A stretch of 63,955 nucleotides of DNA from contig CM052817.1 in assembly GCA_028534125.1 (NCBI GenBank), forward strand, positions 52,392,001-52,455,955, given 5' to 3'. Below, in pieces: positions 47,401 through 61,779 of this stretch. The notes under the pieces are model-generated. The model was not told the DNA's origin, ran no database searches, and saw nothing but the letters and a program-made list of their open reading frames with translations. Position numbers and translations under genes: made by a program. This DNA is from Lama glama. Lineage: Eukaryota. How positions within the stretch are numbered: the first letter of the stretch is position 1; every line of letters starts with the position of its first letter.

Positions 47401-47864
47401 AAGCTAGACAGCATTAATTACAAATTAAAGTTCAATAGAGTTGCCAACTAAACATTTACCTTCAGAAATCAGAGATGTAGAATTAAAAGGTTAAATGAAT
47501 CTATGGCTGTTTCTAGTCTACTGGTGACTAAAATATATTTCATTTTTTGCAGATTTGGATTATGTATTTTTCTGAGCATTCTTAAGTCTTCCATTTGGAA
47601 GACACAGAAGTGTTAGTTGATCATTTTTTTCTCCCAAAGGATGATATTGGAAGAGAAAATTAGAATTTACACATTGCTTTATTGGCAAAATGTGTGCACT
47701 AGAAAATACATAGTCCCAGATTGGTTCTACCGAATCACACAGTTTCTCTGAAGTGAAGAAAGACTATTTTAAAAATTAAGAGAGCATTTATAAGAGATAA
47801 ATGGAATGTGTTTAGTCTTATGACTTATCAAAGAAATGTATTTGAAAAGGCAGTACCATTTAAT

Positions 47865-48790
47865 ATAAATATAATTCAAAATATGATGAAAAACCTGAAT
47901 ATGAACATCCAAGTTCAATGAGTTTCATGTAGGATGACCTCAGAGAGGCTCATACCACGACATATTATCAAATTGTGGAGAGACAAAGACAAAGAATCTT
48001 GAAAGCAGCAAGCGAGAAGTGAATCATCACATACAATGGATCCTCAATAATATTATCAGTAGATTTCATACTAGAGATTTTGAAAGTCAGAAGGCAGTGG
48101 GTGATCAATTTAAAGTGCTACAAGAAAAAACTTCCAAGAAAGAATCTTATATCTAATAAAACTGTCCTTCAAAAATGAGGGAGGAATTAAAACATTCCCA
48201 GATAAACAGAAGCTGAGAAAGTTTGTTACCACTAGGCTTGTTCCGAAATTCTAAAGGGATTCCCAAAGTTGTGATAAAAGGACACAGACAGTAACTAGAA
48301 AGCCATATGAAGAAATAAAAATTTCAGTAAAGGTAAATACATGAGCAATTATAAAAGCTAGCATGATTGTTACAATGGTCTTTAACTCAATTTTTTGTTT
48401 TCTACGTTATTAGAGTGACTAATACATAATAAAATTATTAGTCTAAAAGCCAGTATTATTGTAACTTTGCATTGCAACTCCTTGTTTTGTTTTCTAAATA
48501 ATTCAAGAGACTAATGCATTAAAATTATTACTTTATGATTTTGGACACACAATGTACAAAGATGAAATTCTGTAACATCAGTAAGTGAAGTGAGGACATA
48601 GCTGTAAATGAGTAGAGTTTTTGTATGTTATTGAAATTAACTGGTATAAATTCATATTAGATTGTTATAATGTTAGGATGCTAAATGTAATCTCCATGAT
48701 AACCAAAAAAAAAAAAAAAAGGTATAGGAAAATGAGAAGGGAATTAAAATGTTTCACTAGAAAAAACTGGCTGAACACAAAAAAAGTTAC
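47865..48790 (+). mobile_element. Old L1 (L1M4/L1MC-like) ORF1 3' half and inter-ORF region, decayed
   Basis: aagaatcttgaaagcagcaagcgagaag...tcagaaggcagtggg...aaactgtccttcaaaaatgagggaggaattaaaacattcccagataaacagaagctgagaaagttt. Confidence 0.85.
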
Positions 48791-49239
48791 ACATAATACA
48801 TCTTTGAAAATGAGATTCTGTATGCTCAAAGCTTACATTTATGAGTAGTTTCTAGTCCTATTTAATTCTGAGATAATTTTACCAAAAGAATTTTTTTTAT
48901 ATATATTTCCACTTTTGGGTTAATTCTCTAAATCCTCTAAAGATATCTTAACATACCTGGGACTTCCAAGGTTTTTCAACATTTTGTGGAACCTGAATAT
49001 TTAATTTATAAAGATGTTTGTCCTTCAAATTTGATTTTTATTTGGAGAAGTAAGGGTAGGCTTGCCAAGAAGAAAGGTATTTGAGAATGAAAGACACTTT
49101 AAAATTTTTCTTAAATTATAATTTAGCAGTAACTTTTGCCTTCCTCAAACATGCTCAGTTGCAGAAGAGCTTTGATTTACACCTTCCAAGTTGATGCCTA
49201 AGTGGGATTTTAAGTGCCCTCATCCTTGCCAGCACACGG

Positions 49240-49390
49240 AACTTTTAAACTTATTTTCAATTTTTTACTTATAAAATGGGAATTAAGACACCAAATTTAT
49301 GGTAAAACTGTTAGATTAAATGAAATACTGCATAACATATGCATAATACACCTGCCACATAACAGGCATGCAATAATACTAGTTACTTTT
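49240..49390 (+). mobile_element. MIR SINE fragment
   Basis: cttataaaatgggaattaa...agattaaatgaaatac...cctgccacataacaggcatgcaataat. Confidence 0.65.
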
Positions 49391-49614
49391 CCATTCATCC
49401 CCACTCAAATCTGACAATGTGTAAATTTCCAGAGCCTTAGCTCAGTAAGTTTCAGTCTCTTCCCTTAACCTCCACATTCTGTCTCTAAATCACATGATGG
49501 ACATCATCTTTATTCATGCTTTATATTCACTTTATTAAGGTCTTGAAATCTGGCCTGAATGTACAGCCTAGCTGGTGTTATGGAAAGTATTTATTGAACT
49601 CATAGTGCTTGGGA

Positions 49615-49818
49615 CCTTCCTTCAATTCACCCACTTCCCAATGATAACTACTAGTTTGTTCTCTATATCTGTGAGTCTGCTTCTTTTTTGTTATATTCAC
49701 TAGTTTGTTGTATTTTTTAGATTCCACGTATAAATGAAACCACACAGTATTTGCCTTCCTGACTTATTTCACCTAGCATAATGCCCTCCGTGTCCATCCA
49801 TGTTGCTGCAAATGGCAA
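49615..49818 (-). mobile_element. L1 3' UTR fragment (cetartiodactyl L1_Art-like)
   Basis: tagtttgttctctatatctgtgagtctg...ttgttatattcactagtttgttgtattttttagattccac...tccatccatgttgctgcaaatggcaa. Confidence 0.8.
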
Positions 49819-52584
49819 TGATTGGGGTAACGTTTTCAATAGCATCCTTGAACTTACTTTTACTGAGTTGTAGCTGAATATGAAAAATTATCTGCACCAT
49901 TTCACTGAAATAGGAGGGGTAAATTCTTTCAGTATGAATCATATATGCAAAAAAATGAACTTCCAGAATTAAAATATCTACACATTTCTATATCGAATAT
50001 GCAGTCTAGTATTTCAATAGTTAAAAAATAAGAGAACCTGTGTTCTTCCTTTTCAGCACACTGCCTCAGTTTAGAAGCATTCACACATTTCAATTAAGAA
50101 GACTCATATCTTCTATACACCTCTACTAGAGCCTATTTTCCTCTTGTTCTATGCAATGAAGAGTGGATCATCCCACCAATTATAATATTTAACAAGTGTT
50201 GTTCTTAGGTCAATCCAATAAGCCTGGAGGAATATAGATAGATTGTCTGCTTCATTAGCACCAGACACTGTACCTAAGTGTGTTCATTGCAGACCACTAT
50301 TGAGTCAAGTACACAGGTCCAGGTTCTGCTCAATTAAATTTACCTGGTAGCTGAAGTGAAAATATCTGAGTAGCTGATGGCTAAAATTGACCTTAGGTGT
50401 TTAATAGCTTGAGTCCTCTGAGAGGAAATCACAAATACTCATTACATCCCTTTCAATCCATTATCCTGATTAATGTAGTATTGTTTTCATGGTTCATATG
50501 CTAGATTTGTCTTAAAACTGAAATCACAACAGTTTCAAGCTAAAAGATCTTACGAATGATAAGACTAAAAATACAGGAAGGTTAAATGTCTTTATTTTAA
50601 TTCACTCTTCTGAAACTGAATTCTATTTTATTTTCAACTTGAATGTTATATAAGGATAATTAGAAATATGCCCTATGTGCTAGCTCTCTTCTAGCCTAGC
50701 CCACACCAGTTTGCTAGATGAATGTGCTCCAAAGGCTTGATTTTGTAGTTTAAAAATACACTGAAGGAGAAACCCATCTAAACAATAAAATCAAACAGCA
50801 AACAAAAACTTGTTTGGGACTTTACAAATGGCAAATGGCATACAGTAGGAAAACATTTGGTGCCCTGGCATAGACCCAAGTTTGATTACATCACAGACCT
50901 GAAAAGAAGTTCTTATAGCTGTCCTGTATCACAGGGCCACATGTCATTATTAGAAGCACAGTGAAAAAGTCTGGTTTATAATAAATTTGTCATATAATGT
51001 TAGTTATTGATTGATTTCAGCAAAAGGCACTGATTCTGCTATCATTTCTTTTAAATCTTATGCAATATCTTTTTGAATGTGATATGAAAATCATCTTTAA
51101 GGTTAATTTAAAGGCTTTAAATCCAGAAACACAATTATTTTTAGACTCTAAGTTTCCACAATCAAGTTAAAATATACGTTGTAGTTTTGTTATTATGTGA
51201 AGAAAATGGGGGGGGTATATTTTTGATCCTAATGTTGTAGGAATCATTTTCCTCTTAATGATCATTTTGCTTCCATTTTTTTAACCTACTAATATCTATG
51301 ACTTCTTTTCTACCAGAAAAAAAAAAAATCACAGGCACAAGGTTGCATACAATTTCTGGGGATTTAAGTATGCTAAAAAACACCCATGTATCTCAGTTAA
51401 AAATACTTGCCTGAATTAATTATTAAATTCAAAGATATAAATATCATTATTAGGAAGAAGGATGACATTAAATTTAAATGCCTAAAATTTAAGTTCAGTG
51501 TAAATGAACAATCAACTGCTGAAGTTAACTGATAATGCTTTAACATTTTTAATAATGCCATGTCAAATGGAGGGAAAAAACAAATCCTCTTAACCAGTCA
51601 CTGTTCAAAGTCAAAACATAGCAATATAACTATTCAATACTATTTGAATTCCTGTGTATAATTAAGAATAGATTTTGTAACTTGGAATGTAATTCTTCTC
51701 TCAGAGAAGTACGTCATATTACTCAAAATTCACATTAGTAATATTTGCAGACGAATATTTTATTGTTTGGCAAAATAATGTGTGTGGATTTAAGTCAACT
51801 ACGATTTACTTTGAGAAGTTCAGTTATGGTATAAGAAAGGAACAGCTGGCCATCAGCAGTGTTTACTGTGACTTTAACAGACAACAGCAGCTACAGAATG
51901 TGGAGTCTTAATGGAGAGGCTCCAAAGCTGCCTGTGGATAGAATTACAAACGTTTCAGGAATGTCAAAGTAATTTGTTTTCTTTGAAGGGTAACCAAATA
52001 ATCTGAGATTTCATTGCCTAAAAGAGGTAAAGTCCTCAAGATGTGAATGTTAAATTCTTCAGGCTCTTTGAACTAGTGTTGCATTTATTCTATTTTTTTA
52101 CTCTTTAAGGGTGCTATTATTAGCATGGAGCAAAGGGAATAAATCCTCACATGTGCTTGACAAGCTGAAGTTCAGTACTGTGGGTACCATCAATTTGAAT
52201 TTCATGTACAACTGTTTCCCTTCACATTTAACCACAGAGGGATCCCACACATTTATCAGGTTTCCATAACATATATGGGAGGATACTTGGAGCACATAAT
52301 GAGCTAATTCACAAGAGATTGTGAGACCCTAAGTCTACATAATTTGTCAATTGATATGTGGAATTAGACTTTAATTGGAAATGAGCTGAGCATTTCAAAA
52401 GCTAAAGTGTAATATCTAAGATAGTGTCAGAAGGAAGATGCATGTGGGATAGGAATTAGGAAGTCATGAATGGTTAAGGCAGGAATGTGTAATAAAATGT
52501 TTTCTATGTTTTAATTAAGTAGAATCCAAAGTAGAATAATTCTCAGATTCTTCTCGTTTTACCTGTTTCAACATGATTCCACAG

Positions 52585-52802
52585 ACCATGTTTGGCAAAC
52601 TATGGTCCATGAACTAATTCCAGACTATTAACAGGTTTGTTTGTTTGTTTGTGTAAATAAAGCTTTATTGGAACACAGCAGCGATCATTTATCTATGTAT
52701 TGTTACTGAAGTGTTGAGTAGTTGCAACAGTGACAATAAGGCCTACAAACACTGAAATATTCCTTATCTGACCCTTCACAAAAATGTTTGCCAACCTCAT
52801 TC
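52585..52802 (+). mobile_element. MER58A-like hAT-Charlie MITE
   Basis: TIR-like ttggcaaac...gtttgccaa; gtaaataaagctttattggaacacagc...ttgagtagttgcaacag. Confidence 0.8.
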
Positions 52803-52989
52803 TAGATATATGAAAATTTTTGAAGTTTAGTTATATTGTTTGCTTTGCATATTTTTTATGTTCAAGATCTCTTATCCAACGAAGTAGCCTCTTACATAAG
52901 CTAGAGAGTTAAAAATGGGTTGATATTTACCATAAACATTTTAACATAGTAAGTGATAAACTCCTAGTTGTATTTATTCAGTAATTAAT

Positions 52990-53522
52990 TAGGACAGAAC
53001 TATTAAAAATGTTATGGGGCTAAGAGTTCATTACAGAAATTAGGAATCACACAAATGTGAATAGAATTGGCTAGTGAAATAAGAAAGATGAGAATTGGAA
53101 GATAAGATACAATCACAGTCAAAACAGCCTGAGTCCCTGAAGCAGCTGCGTAGATTTGAGCTTTAAGGGAAATGCAGGAGGTGTGCATGTCTAGCTGTCA
53201 AAGTGAAACTGTGAAGGGAAATCTAGTCTAGAGATCTGTGGAATTTGCTATTTTTGAAGCAAATGAAGTGAAGGGTTTGGCAGTTGACTTGAGTCCACTA
53301 TTGGTTGCTGGGGCAAATAGTCTGAAAGACTGCCTAGATACTGTGGTCCCTCTGGACACCTCTATGTCTATCTCTGACCTGCTCCTGACATCTTTGGAAA
53401 GTAATGGCTTCTTTATTTCCAACTCTGAATTCTTATCTACTTTCCTGTTTTGGTCAACTCTAACTTAGAAATGTATATGAAAGAAGAATATTGAAAATAT
53501 AATTTCCAGTTTTAACTAAGTT
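52990..53522 (-). mobile_element. Probable old ERVL-type LTR relic
   Basis: GC-richer block ending ccaactctgaattc...ggtcaactctaac...gaagaatattgaaaatataatttc, resembling old LTR ends; family unresolved. Confidence 0.4.
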
Positions 53523-53523
53523 G

Positions 53524-54059
53524 GCAACTATTTATCATGCTCACAGATTCTGTGAGCCAGAAATTTGGACAGGGCACAGCAGGGAATATTGTCTCTGCTC
53601 CATTTGGCATCTCCTATTGCCATTTGAAGGCCAAGAGATGAAGTCATCTCAAAGTGTATTTACTTACAAGTGTGGTAATTGGTTCTGGGAAAACTCAAAT
53701 AGCTAAGGGCCAGTACAGCTGAAGCTCCTTGGGCATGTTTATTTTATGTGACCTCTACATGTGGTCTCTTTAGCATAGAGGCTTCAGAGTATTTGGACTT
53801 TTTACACGTCCACTCATGTCTCCCATGGCACTTTCCAGAAGGCAGTCCAAGTCAGGTGGAAGCTATATGCTTCTGATGACCAAGCCTCAGAACTGACTTA
53901 GCATCATTCTGATATATTCTACTTAAATGAATAGTCACAAATTTCTGCTGAGATTCAAGGGAGTAAATGAAGACCACACCTTTGTTGGGAGGAGAGTCAG
54001 TCACATTGATGGAAGAGCACATATTCTTCAACAAGATTTAGAAACTAAAATCTGTCACA
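53524..54059 (-). mobile_element. ERVL-MaLR solo LTR (MLT1F/G-like)
   Basis: atttatcatgctcacagattctgtgagccagaaatttggacagggcacagcaggg...ttctgatgaccaagcctcagaa...agattcaaggg. Confidence 0.8.
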
Positions 54060-54589
54060 TTTTAAAATTTTGTCATTCTTTTTGTAACTGCCTAGAAGTA
54101 AATTTAAAAATACATTTTTAGTGTTTCTAATTTTTTTGATTCTAGCACTCAAGATTATATATTTTTCTCATGGAAGAGCTCAAATTATTTTAAAACTTGA
54201 TTGTTTCTTTTTTGAATCATGAGATATTTACAAATATAAATATTCAGAACTGTGTTTTTTTCATAGCATAGCTTATAGTATTTTACAATTTTCTTTAACT
54301 CATGCATTATGTACAATTGTGTTTACAAGTTTCTAAATGCAAAATTATGTTTCAATTTATCTTTCTTTATTATTAATATCTGCCCAAGATTCTTATGATC
54401 AGTGCATGTTATTCAATGATGTCAATCATTTAAATTTATAAACTTTCTTAAATGATCCAGTTTGCTTTAAAATTATATAAAGATATTTTGTATGCTAAAA
54501 GAGTATGTATTCTTCAGTTGTTCTTATTTTTTAAAACATAGACATATTAGATCAATAATGTTAATCATGCTGTTTAAACTGAGTCACTA

Positions 54590-55810
54590 AAGAAATGTTT
54601 ACTGGTACCTTCTATATCCTGAGCCTTGGTCTTATGCTTGGGAAATGTGAATAAAGAAAACAGACAAAAATCCCAGCTCCCAATTCCTTGAAGTCTATAA
54701 AGACAGGTAAGAAATTATCAACATACTAACTAACTAAATAGAAATTAGAGATGATAAATTACACGAGGGAAAAAATGAAGTACTGGGTATCATTAACATC
54801 GTACAACATTTGCAACACTTTATAATGTAATTAAGGTTTGCCTCACTGAAAAGCAACATTTCCATGTCATAGATATAAGAGAATGAGCTAAACAAATATT
54901 CTTTCTAGTCAGAGAAAACAGTTAGTACAAATCCCCTTATCTAGAAGTATCCCAGTCCATTTTGAGAAATAGCAAACATGACCTTGTGGTTGGAATGAGG
55001 TAATCAAGTGAGTGAGAGTAATAGCAGATGAAGTCAGAGAAGATACATGGAGCTAGACCATGTAGTAAGATTTTGGCCTTTACTCATGAAATGGTGAGTA
55101 ATGACATGCTCTTCTTTCTGTTTTAATGGAATTATCTGCTCTTTTACGAATGGACGTGGTGAAAAGAGGCAATTATGAGGTGAGCACAGAAATCATAGAA
55201 GAAATGATGGTGACTAGCACAAGTGTCCTAGAAATGGAGACTGAGACAAGTGCCCATATTCTGAACATATTTTGAAAACAGAGCTCATAGAATATTCTGG
55301 TAGATATGACTGATTATGAGAGAAAAAGGAAGAGTAATAAAAGAGGATCTAATTCTTTTTTTGATTTGGCCAACTGGAAGGTTGATACTATAATAAACTA
55401 AGTAAGAAGGATTGCAGTATAGAATGTTTTAGAAAATACCAGTGGCTCAGTATTAGATATTGTAAGAAATTAGACTTCCAAATGAAGATATTGAATAGGA
55501 CAAATCTGGAGTTAAGAAGAGAGGTACAGTCAAATGATACACAACTGTGAATTGTATTTTACAGCAAGAGACCAAATGTGTTCACCAAAATAATGTTTGT
55601 AAAGAAAAAAGAAAACTTCTAATTCTGGAACACTCCAATGATTGTCAACAACATGAGATGATTCAACAAAGAAAATTAAGAAGAACTTGGAAAAATAAAA
55701 GAAAGACAGAAAGCATGCTGTTTCTCAAAAGCCAACTTAAAATAATTGTATCAACCAGGAGTGTATGTCAAAGTTAAATGACACTTATAGGTAAAGTAAG
55801 ATTAATAATG
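54590..55810 (-). mobile_element. L2 (L2a-like) long fragment
   Basis: gaaaacagacaaaaatcccagctc...gcagatgaagtcagaga...ttttggcctttactc...ctgaacatattttgaaa...tctggagttaagaagagagg. Confidence 0.75.
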
Positions 55811-55829
55811 AGAGTAATAAGTAATGCTG

Positions 55830-57760
55830 TGTGTTTTCCATGTAAGCACACTTCCAATCTCCTATAGGTGGATGACAAATTTGTTTTCATTTTTTTATTA
55901 AAATAAAGCATCTGTGAACATTTTTGTATAAAGCTATAATCGAATACATTTTCTATTTTCTTGTGTAACTACCTGAAATTGGAATTGCTGGGTCATAGGG
56001 CAAGTTTTGTAAGAAATGTTTAAAGTGTTTAAATATATAGTGTTATAAGAAATGGTTAAATTTCTTTCTAAAGATACGCAAATTTTTATACATCTACAAG
56101 TTTTAAATTTCTAGTTACTTCACATCCTCATCACTTTTGTAATGTTGTTGAGTGTTAAGGTAGTACTCCATTGCAGTCTTACTTTACATTGCATGATATC
56201 TAATCATGTTGAATAATTTTGCATGTGCTTATTAGACATTTGTATCTTCTTTGATGAAGTATCTTTTGAAATGTTGCTTATTATTTAATTGGGTTGTTTC
56301 TTTTGATATTATTGACTTATATGTATTCTAAGTATATGGTGTAAATCAGTATAACTATGTACTGTAACTCTTTGTCAAATATATTCTCTATAAATAATTT
56401 TATTCCAGTATGTGGCTTGCTGTTTAAAATTTATTAAATTGTATAGTTTGGTGAGCCAGAAAGTTTAAATTTTTATGAAGTCTAATTTATCATTTAAAAC
56501 AAAATAATAACATGATTATTTCCTTCCTTTATCTCTCTAGGAAAATATTATATATATATCCAAATCTCCAGGATTTTATGTTTTATTTTAAAAGCTTTAT
56601 GGTTAATGTATAATTAAAATAATCTCAAATTAGTTTTGTATATAGTATAAGACAGGGTCAAAGTTTTATTTTGTTTTGTTTTATTCTTTGTGGGCATCCA
56701 ATTTTGCCAGCACAGTTGCTAAAAAGGCATTTTTCTCCATAGGATGGATTTGGTGCCTTTGTTAAAAATCAGATGGTCATAAAAGTAAGAATCTGTTTCT
56801 GAGCTCCCTATTCTAGCTTATTAATCTATTTACCAATGTTTATGCCAATACCACTCTGTCTTGATTAATAAAGTTTTATGATAGAATTTGAAGTTAGGTA
56901 ATAAAAGTCTTCTAAGTTTGTCTTGGTACTGTTTCTTTGATCATTACAACCATGTCTCTCTTTATCTCAGGAACTACTTTTTGGGTTAAGATTTATCTGA
57001 TATTAATATAGCCACCCCATTCCTCTTATTCTTTTGGCTTATATGATATATCATTTTCCTTCTATTCATTTTCAAACCATCTGAGTTTTTTATACTTAAA
57101 GGGTATATATCATATACGGCATATAGTTGAAACTTGCTTTCATTCCCATTTTGACAATCTTAATTTCATTAGCATTAAATGTAATTATTGACATAGTTAG
57201 ATTTACATCCACCATTTTTAAAATTCCTTTGTCTATCCCTTTTTTTGTTTCTCTGTTCCTCCTTTTCTACCTCTTTTGTGATTATCACCAATACATTTTA
57301 GAGTTTCTTTTTAGTTTGTTTTTTTTTTTTTTTTTTTAGCTATAGCTATTTGCTGCTTCTTCCCTTCCCCTCTGTCCTTGCTCCTCCTTCTTCCTTCTTC
57401 TTTTTCTCCTTCTTCTCCTTTTCACTGCAGGGATTTCAATATGCATCCTTAACTTTCCATAATGTATTTATAGTTACACCTTTCTATTATATATGAGATA
57501 TAGGTACCCTGCCATTCTACAGATCTATTTTCCAATCTCACTGCCCTTTATGCTACCTATATCATACATATTACATCCATATGTGTATTATGCAATTAAA
57601 ATTGCTTTGAGAGGATATATGAATGCTACTGGAACTAAGAGGGAAAAAAAAATTTTGTATTTACCAAATACATGTTGTATCTTATGCTCTTCATTCATTC
57701 CAGGAAATTCAATTTTCCCTCAGGTATGATTTCCTTTCATCTAAAGAATGTCTTCAGCAT
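55830..57760 (-). mobile_element. Old L1 fragments (L1MC/L1ME-like), ORF2 end and more 5' parts
   Basis: ggaattgctgggtcataggg...ttgcatgtgcttattagacatttgtatcttc...tatgccaataccactctgtcttgatt...tctgatattaatatagccac. Confidence 0.8.
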
Positions 57761-57954
57761 TTACTTTTCAAAATATACACACTCAGTTTTGAGAGGTTGT
57801 CTTTACCTGAGTTCTGTCTTCTGTTCTTGGGCCAAGGGACTGTAAAATATCAGAGTTTTATCTGCCCCACACAGTGCTGTAGCTGAGATCTAACTTCAGG
57901 CTAGAAATCAAAGGAAAGTAGAAATTCACACTATATCAACCCTGTCTTCAAGTA

Positions 57955-58145
57955 TTTTTTAATGTATGTATAACAGTTTTATTGAGATATACTGGAATTT
58001 ATAATCCATAATGCTCACCTTTTTAAAGTATACAATTCAGTGATTTCCAGTATATTCAGAGTTGTGCAAACATCACTACCATCAAAGTTTAGAATATTTT
58101 CATCATTCCAAAGAGAATCCCTATACCCATTCACTCCTTCTTCAC
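57955..58145 (-). mobile_element. L1MB-like 3' end
   Basis: aacagttttattgagatata...cacctttttaaagtatacaattcagtg...agagttgtgcaaacatcactac...ttttcatcattccaaaga. Confidence 0.85.
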
Positions 58146-58469
58146 CCACATCTCTTTGAAGTTTTGACAGCCTTCCAGAAATTGCCAGCTTTGGTTCACT
58201 CTCCAAAATCTTAAGGTTGTTCTATTTGTTTTTGTATTTAATCTAGACTTTGAGTTATTCTGTGAGGAACAGCCAATCAGGCATTTATTCACTCATACCA
58301 ACAACTGAATTGCTCTCCACATCAATTTTAGTTTCAAAAATATTTCAGATAATCATGTTAAGAACATGTAAGTTTAGACTATTCTTTCTTTCTGTTGAAT
58401 TTTTTCCCTTACCTAGTGACTCCATCATCAATAACACTAAAAAAAAAAAGCCAAAATAAGCCTTATTTG

Positions 58470-61100
58470 TGTTTACATATGCCTAGACTATCCATTTAAA
58501 TCTTTTTATTTTCAACTTTTCAGGATTCTAATTTTTATTTGTATGTACGTGTGCTAGGCAGGCACAGCTGGATTTTATTTTCCAGTAACAATTATCTTTA
58601 CTTCTCTGAAGTCAGCATTTAGCTCATTTGAAACTATAAATACTTATTAATACAGTTGGGATTGTTTCCAACATCTTAATTCTTTTTAAATTTTCTATTC
58701 TGTGTACTTTCTATTTGCCTATTTTCTTCTTTTTATAATTAGTTATATTTTGTTTGGGGGTTTATTTTAATTTCTTTTTATTCAGAGTTTTCTTCTTCTG
58801 ATTTGAAATTTACTCCTCTTTTTGTATGGTTTAAATTTGAAATTTTGCAAGATTATTACACATAAAAACTGTGAAATTTCCAAAGGAGATAAACTTACTA
58901 TTATTATTTCATGCAGTGAATCATTTAAATAAATGTAGATGCATGCTATTTAATTCTTTTTTCATTCCTTCTTGCTTTTAAATTATCTTTCAGGAGTTAT
59001 ATTCCTTCACTCTGAAATACATCCTTAAAAGCTGCTTCAGAAAATTTCTATTTGTGCTGTATGCTCTCAGTTGGCTTTAACTGTCTTTCAATCTTTTTTT
59101 CAACATAATAAATGATGTCTCATTTTCACCTTTTTTCTGATTACTAATTAGTTTAAGCATGGTTTCATATTATTTTTAGCTTATTTCTTTTTGTTACAGA
59201 CCTTAAAGTCCTTTATTTATTTGATTTCATTCCATTGTCTTTATGTCACTTGACTATTTTAATACATATTAGACATTGCTCCCTTGTCATTTTCATACAT
59301 TACAGTTACCTTCCAATCTGTCATATATATTTATTAACTTTTCATTGTGTCCTTCAGTAAACAAAAGTCGTTTGTCATTGTTGCTAAATTCATTTTTCGC
59401 CATGACAGTTATAAAGAATTATTTATGAAGCCCTTTTGCACATTTATGTCACAGAAAAATTATGTCACAAAAATATTGTTTCTTTTATTGATTTTCAGAT
59501 TTAAGACCTATAGTTAATTATATGTTTTTCACTTACGTATGTAGTATTCTGAAAGGATTTAGTATTTTTGTTTGGTTTTCCTCTTTATTTTTAGCCATTC
59601 TTCCCAGCATCAATACTAATACATCTTTCTTTTTCTCCTATTGAATAGTAGTACAAATTATACCACATACTTATACCCCATGTTTTTTTCTAATTAGTTA
59701 TGCCAAGGATATATCTATATTACTAATCTTTTTGAAGACTTGGTTTCATTACATTTCTTTACTTTCTTGTCTTCTCTGTTTCACTTATTCCTGTCTTTTC
59801 CTTTAACATTGCTATCTTCTTATTTTAAATATCCTGAGATATTCTTTTTACAATTTTCTGAGTTGCCTGCTCAGCTCATTAATTATTTCATTTGATTCCT
59901 GTTAAGTTAATATAGTTATTTTATCTAAGTTCTGATTTTGTTTTATCTCATAAATTTATTTTTAAATAAACTATTGAAGCATAGCATATCTAAAGAAAAA
60001 TGAGGAGTCATTGGTGTATATTCCATGATGCTTTCGAGTGAAAATACTCTCATAGCCAGTCAACATATCAAAATATAAAATACTACCTGCACCTCAGAAA
60101 CTTGGATCATGTCACTTCCTGCTCTCAAATTGTTCAAGTTTCTACCACTACGTATTACATTTGCTTGTTTTTGAACTTTTTATAAAGAATGAATCATAAA
60201 AAGATTTTGTCATTTGCTCATTTTTCTGAGAGATATAAACATATTGTTTATTGTTGTAACAGTTAGTTATTTTTATTTGTATAAAATTGCAGTATAAAAT
60301 GTATATAATTTATCTGTTCTATTCTTAATGGCCACTTAGGCTATTTCAGTACTGTAGGTCACAAGGTCTGTTCTGCTTTCCTAACTAGGTTCAATCATTA
60401 TCCAAAGTAACTGCAGCAACTTACACTTCCATTTCACTCTAATAAGCACAATTATACTGCAACCTTTCTAACTCCTGGTTGATATCTTATTTAATTATTT
60501 TTCTATGCCATATATCATTTAATTTATGCATGCCATACATCATTTAAATTGTATTTATCCTATACATATCAATTATCTGTGTGTGTGTATGTGCGTATAT
60601 ATATTTATACATAACCGTATATCTTATTTTGTTAAATACATTTAAAAAGTTTTCTGCCCATGATGGGCTAGGGGTGAGGGCATTCAGTTGTTTTCACTTT
60701 CTTTTGTGGAAGTTCATTAAATATTCTGGTTTCAATATTTCTGTGAATGTATGTATTACAAATATAATTCCCTAACCAATGGCTTGCTTTTTTTATACTG
60801 TCATAGTACATTTGATGAACAAAAGTTTACAATGCTGAGTAATCAAATTTATCATTCTTATTTTATACAGTTAGTGCTTTTTATAGTGGAAAGTAGATTT
60901 TCCTCATTTAAGTTATTAAGACATATTTCTATTTTATGTTTTAAATCTTTTATTGTTTATCTGCCTCACTTAGAGCTGCAATCATCCATAATTTTTTACA
61001 CTAATGTTAAGTAAAGATTAGATTCACTGATTTATTCCATAAGGTTAGTCAATGGACCTAGCACTATTTAATAAAAATAGGATCATTTTCCTACTATCCC
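58470..61100 (-). mobile_element. Patchwork of heavily decayed L1ME-like fragments
   Basis: T-rich strand bias with recognisable islands (ttctgattactaat, gcttgtttttgaactt, tttgatgaacaaaagttt, cctagcactattta). Confidence 0.5.
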
Positions 61101-61779
61101 CAAGAAGAAACCAAAATTTTCTCAAAAGAAAACCAACCATAAACAGTTAATATAATCATATTACCCTAAAAAATTTAACATTAATTTAAAAATAATGATT
61201 TCTTCTCTAGGACAATCTGAAGCATAGCTAATTGCACAAATAAATAAAATATTTTATATGACATGATATAAATAATAAGCATAAAAATCTATTTAGATTA
61301 CATTTGGTACAGGTCAACAGACCATATGAAACTATATACAACTTTGTACTTATGATCAATATTACAATATGAAATCAAAAATTTATTTTTTATTGTTTGT
61401 GAAGTTAACAAAGTTTCCATTAATCAAAGTTAGTTAAATATTTATTAGGGTTTCCTATTAGCCTCAGAGTTGACTCCATATCATATAGTCTTAAATCAAT
61501 TAACTTTTTATACTTTAGCTTATACTTTTATTGCTTTGTCATACCATTTTAATTGCCCTTCCTTTCTACCAATTTAACAAAGTATGGATGAGACAAATAA
61601 AATAGCAAAGCAGTAGATTTAAACTTTATCATACACATAATCATATGAGATATAAAAAAAAATTCCAATTAAGATGCAGAAATTTCCAGATTAGATAAAA
61701 ATGAAGACCCAATTATATGGAGACTATAAGAGATCCACTTTAACTATAAAAACAAAAATAGCCTAAAAGGATATTCTAG

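Noticed and set aside
53228..53468. Overlapping plus and minus ORFs with protein-like composition
   Set aside because: No recognisable domain or splice context; they lie in a probable old LTR, and higher GC lowers stop frequency.
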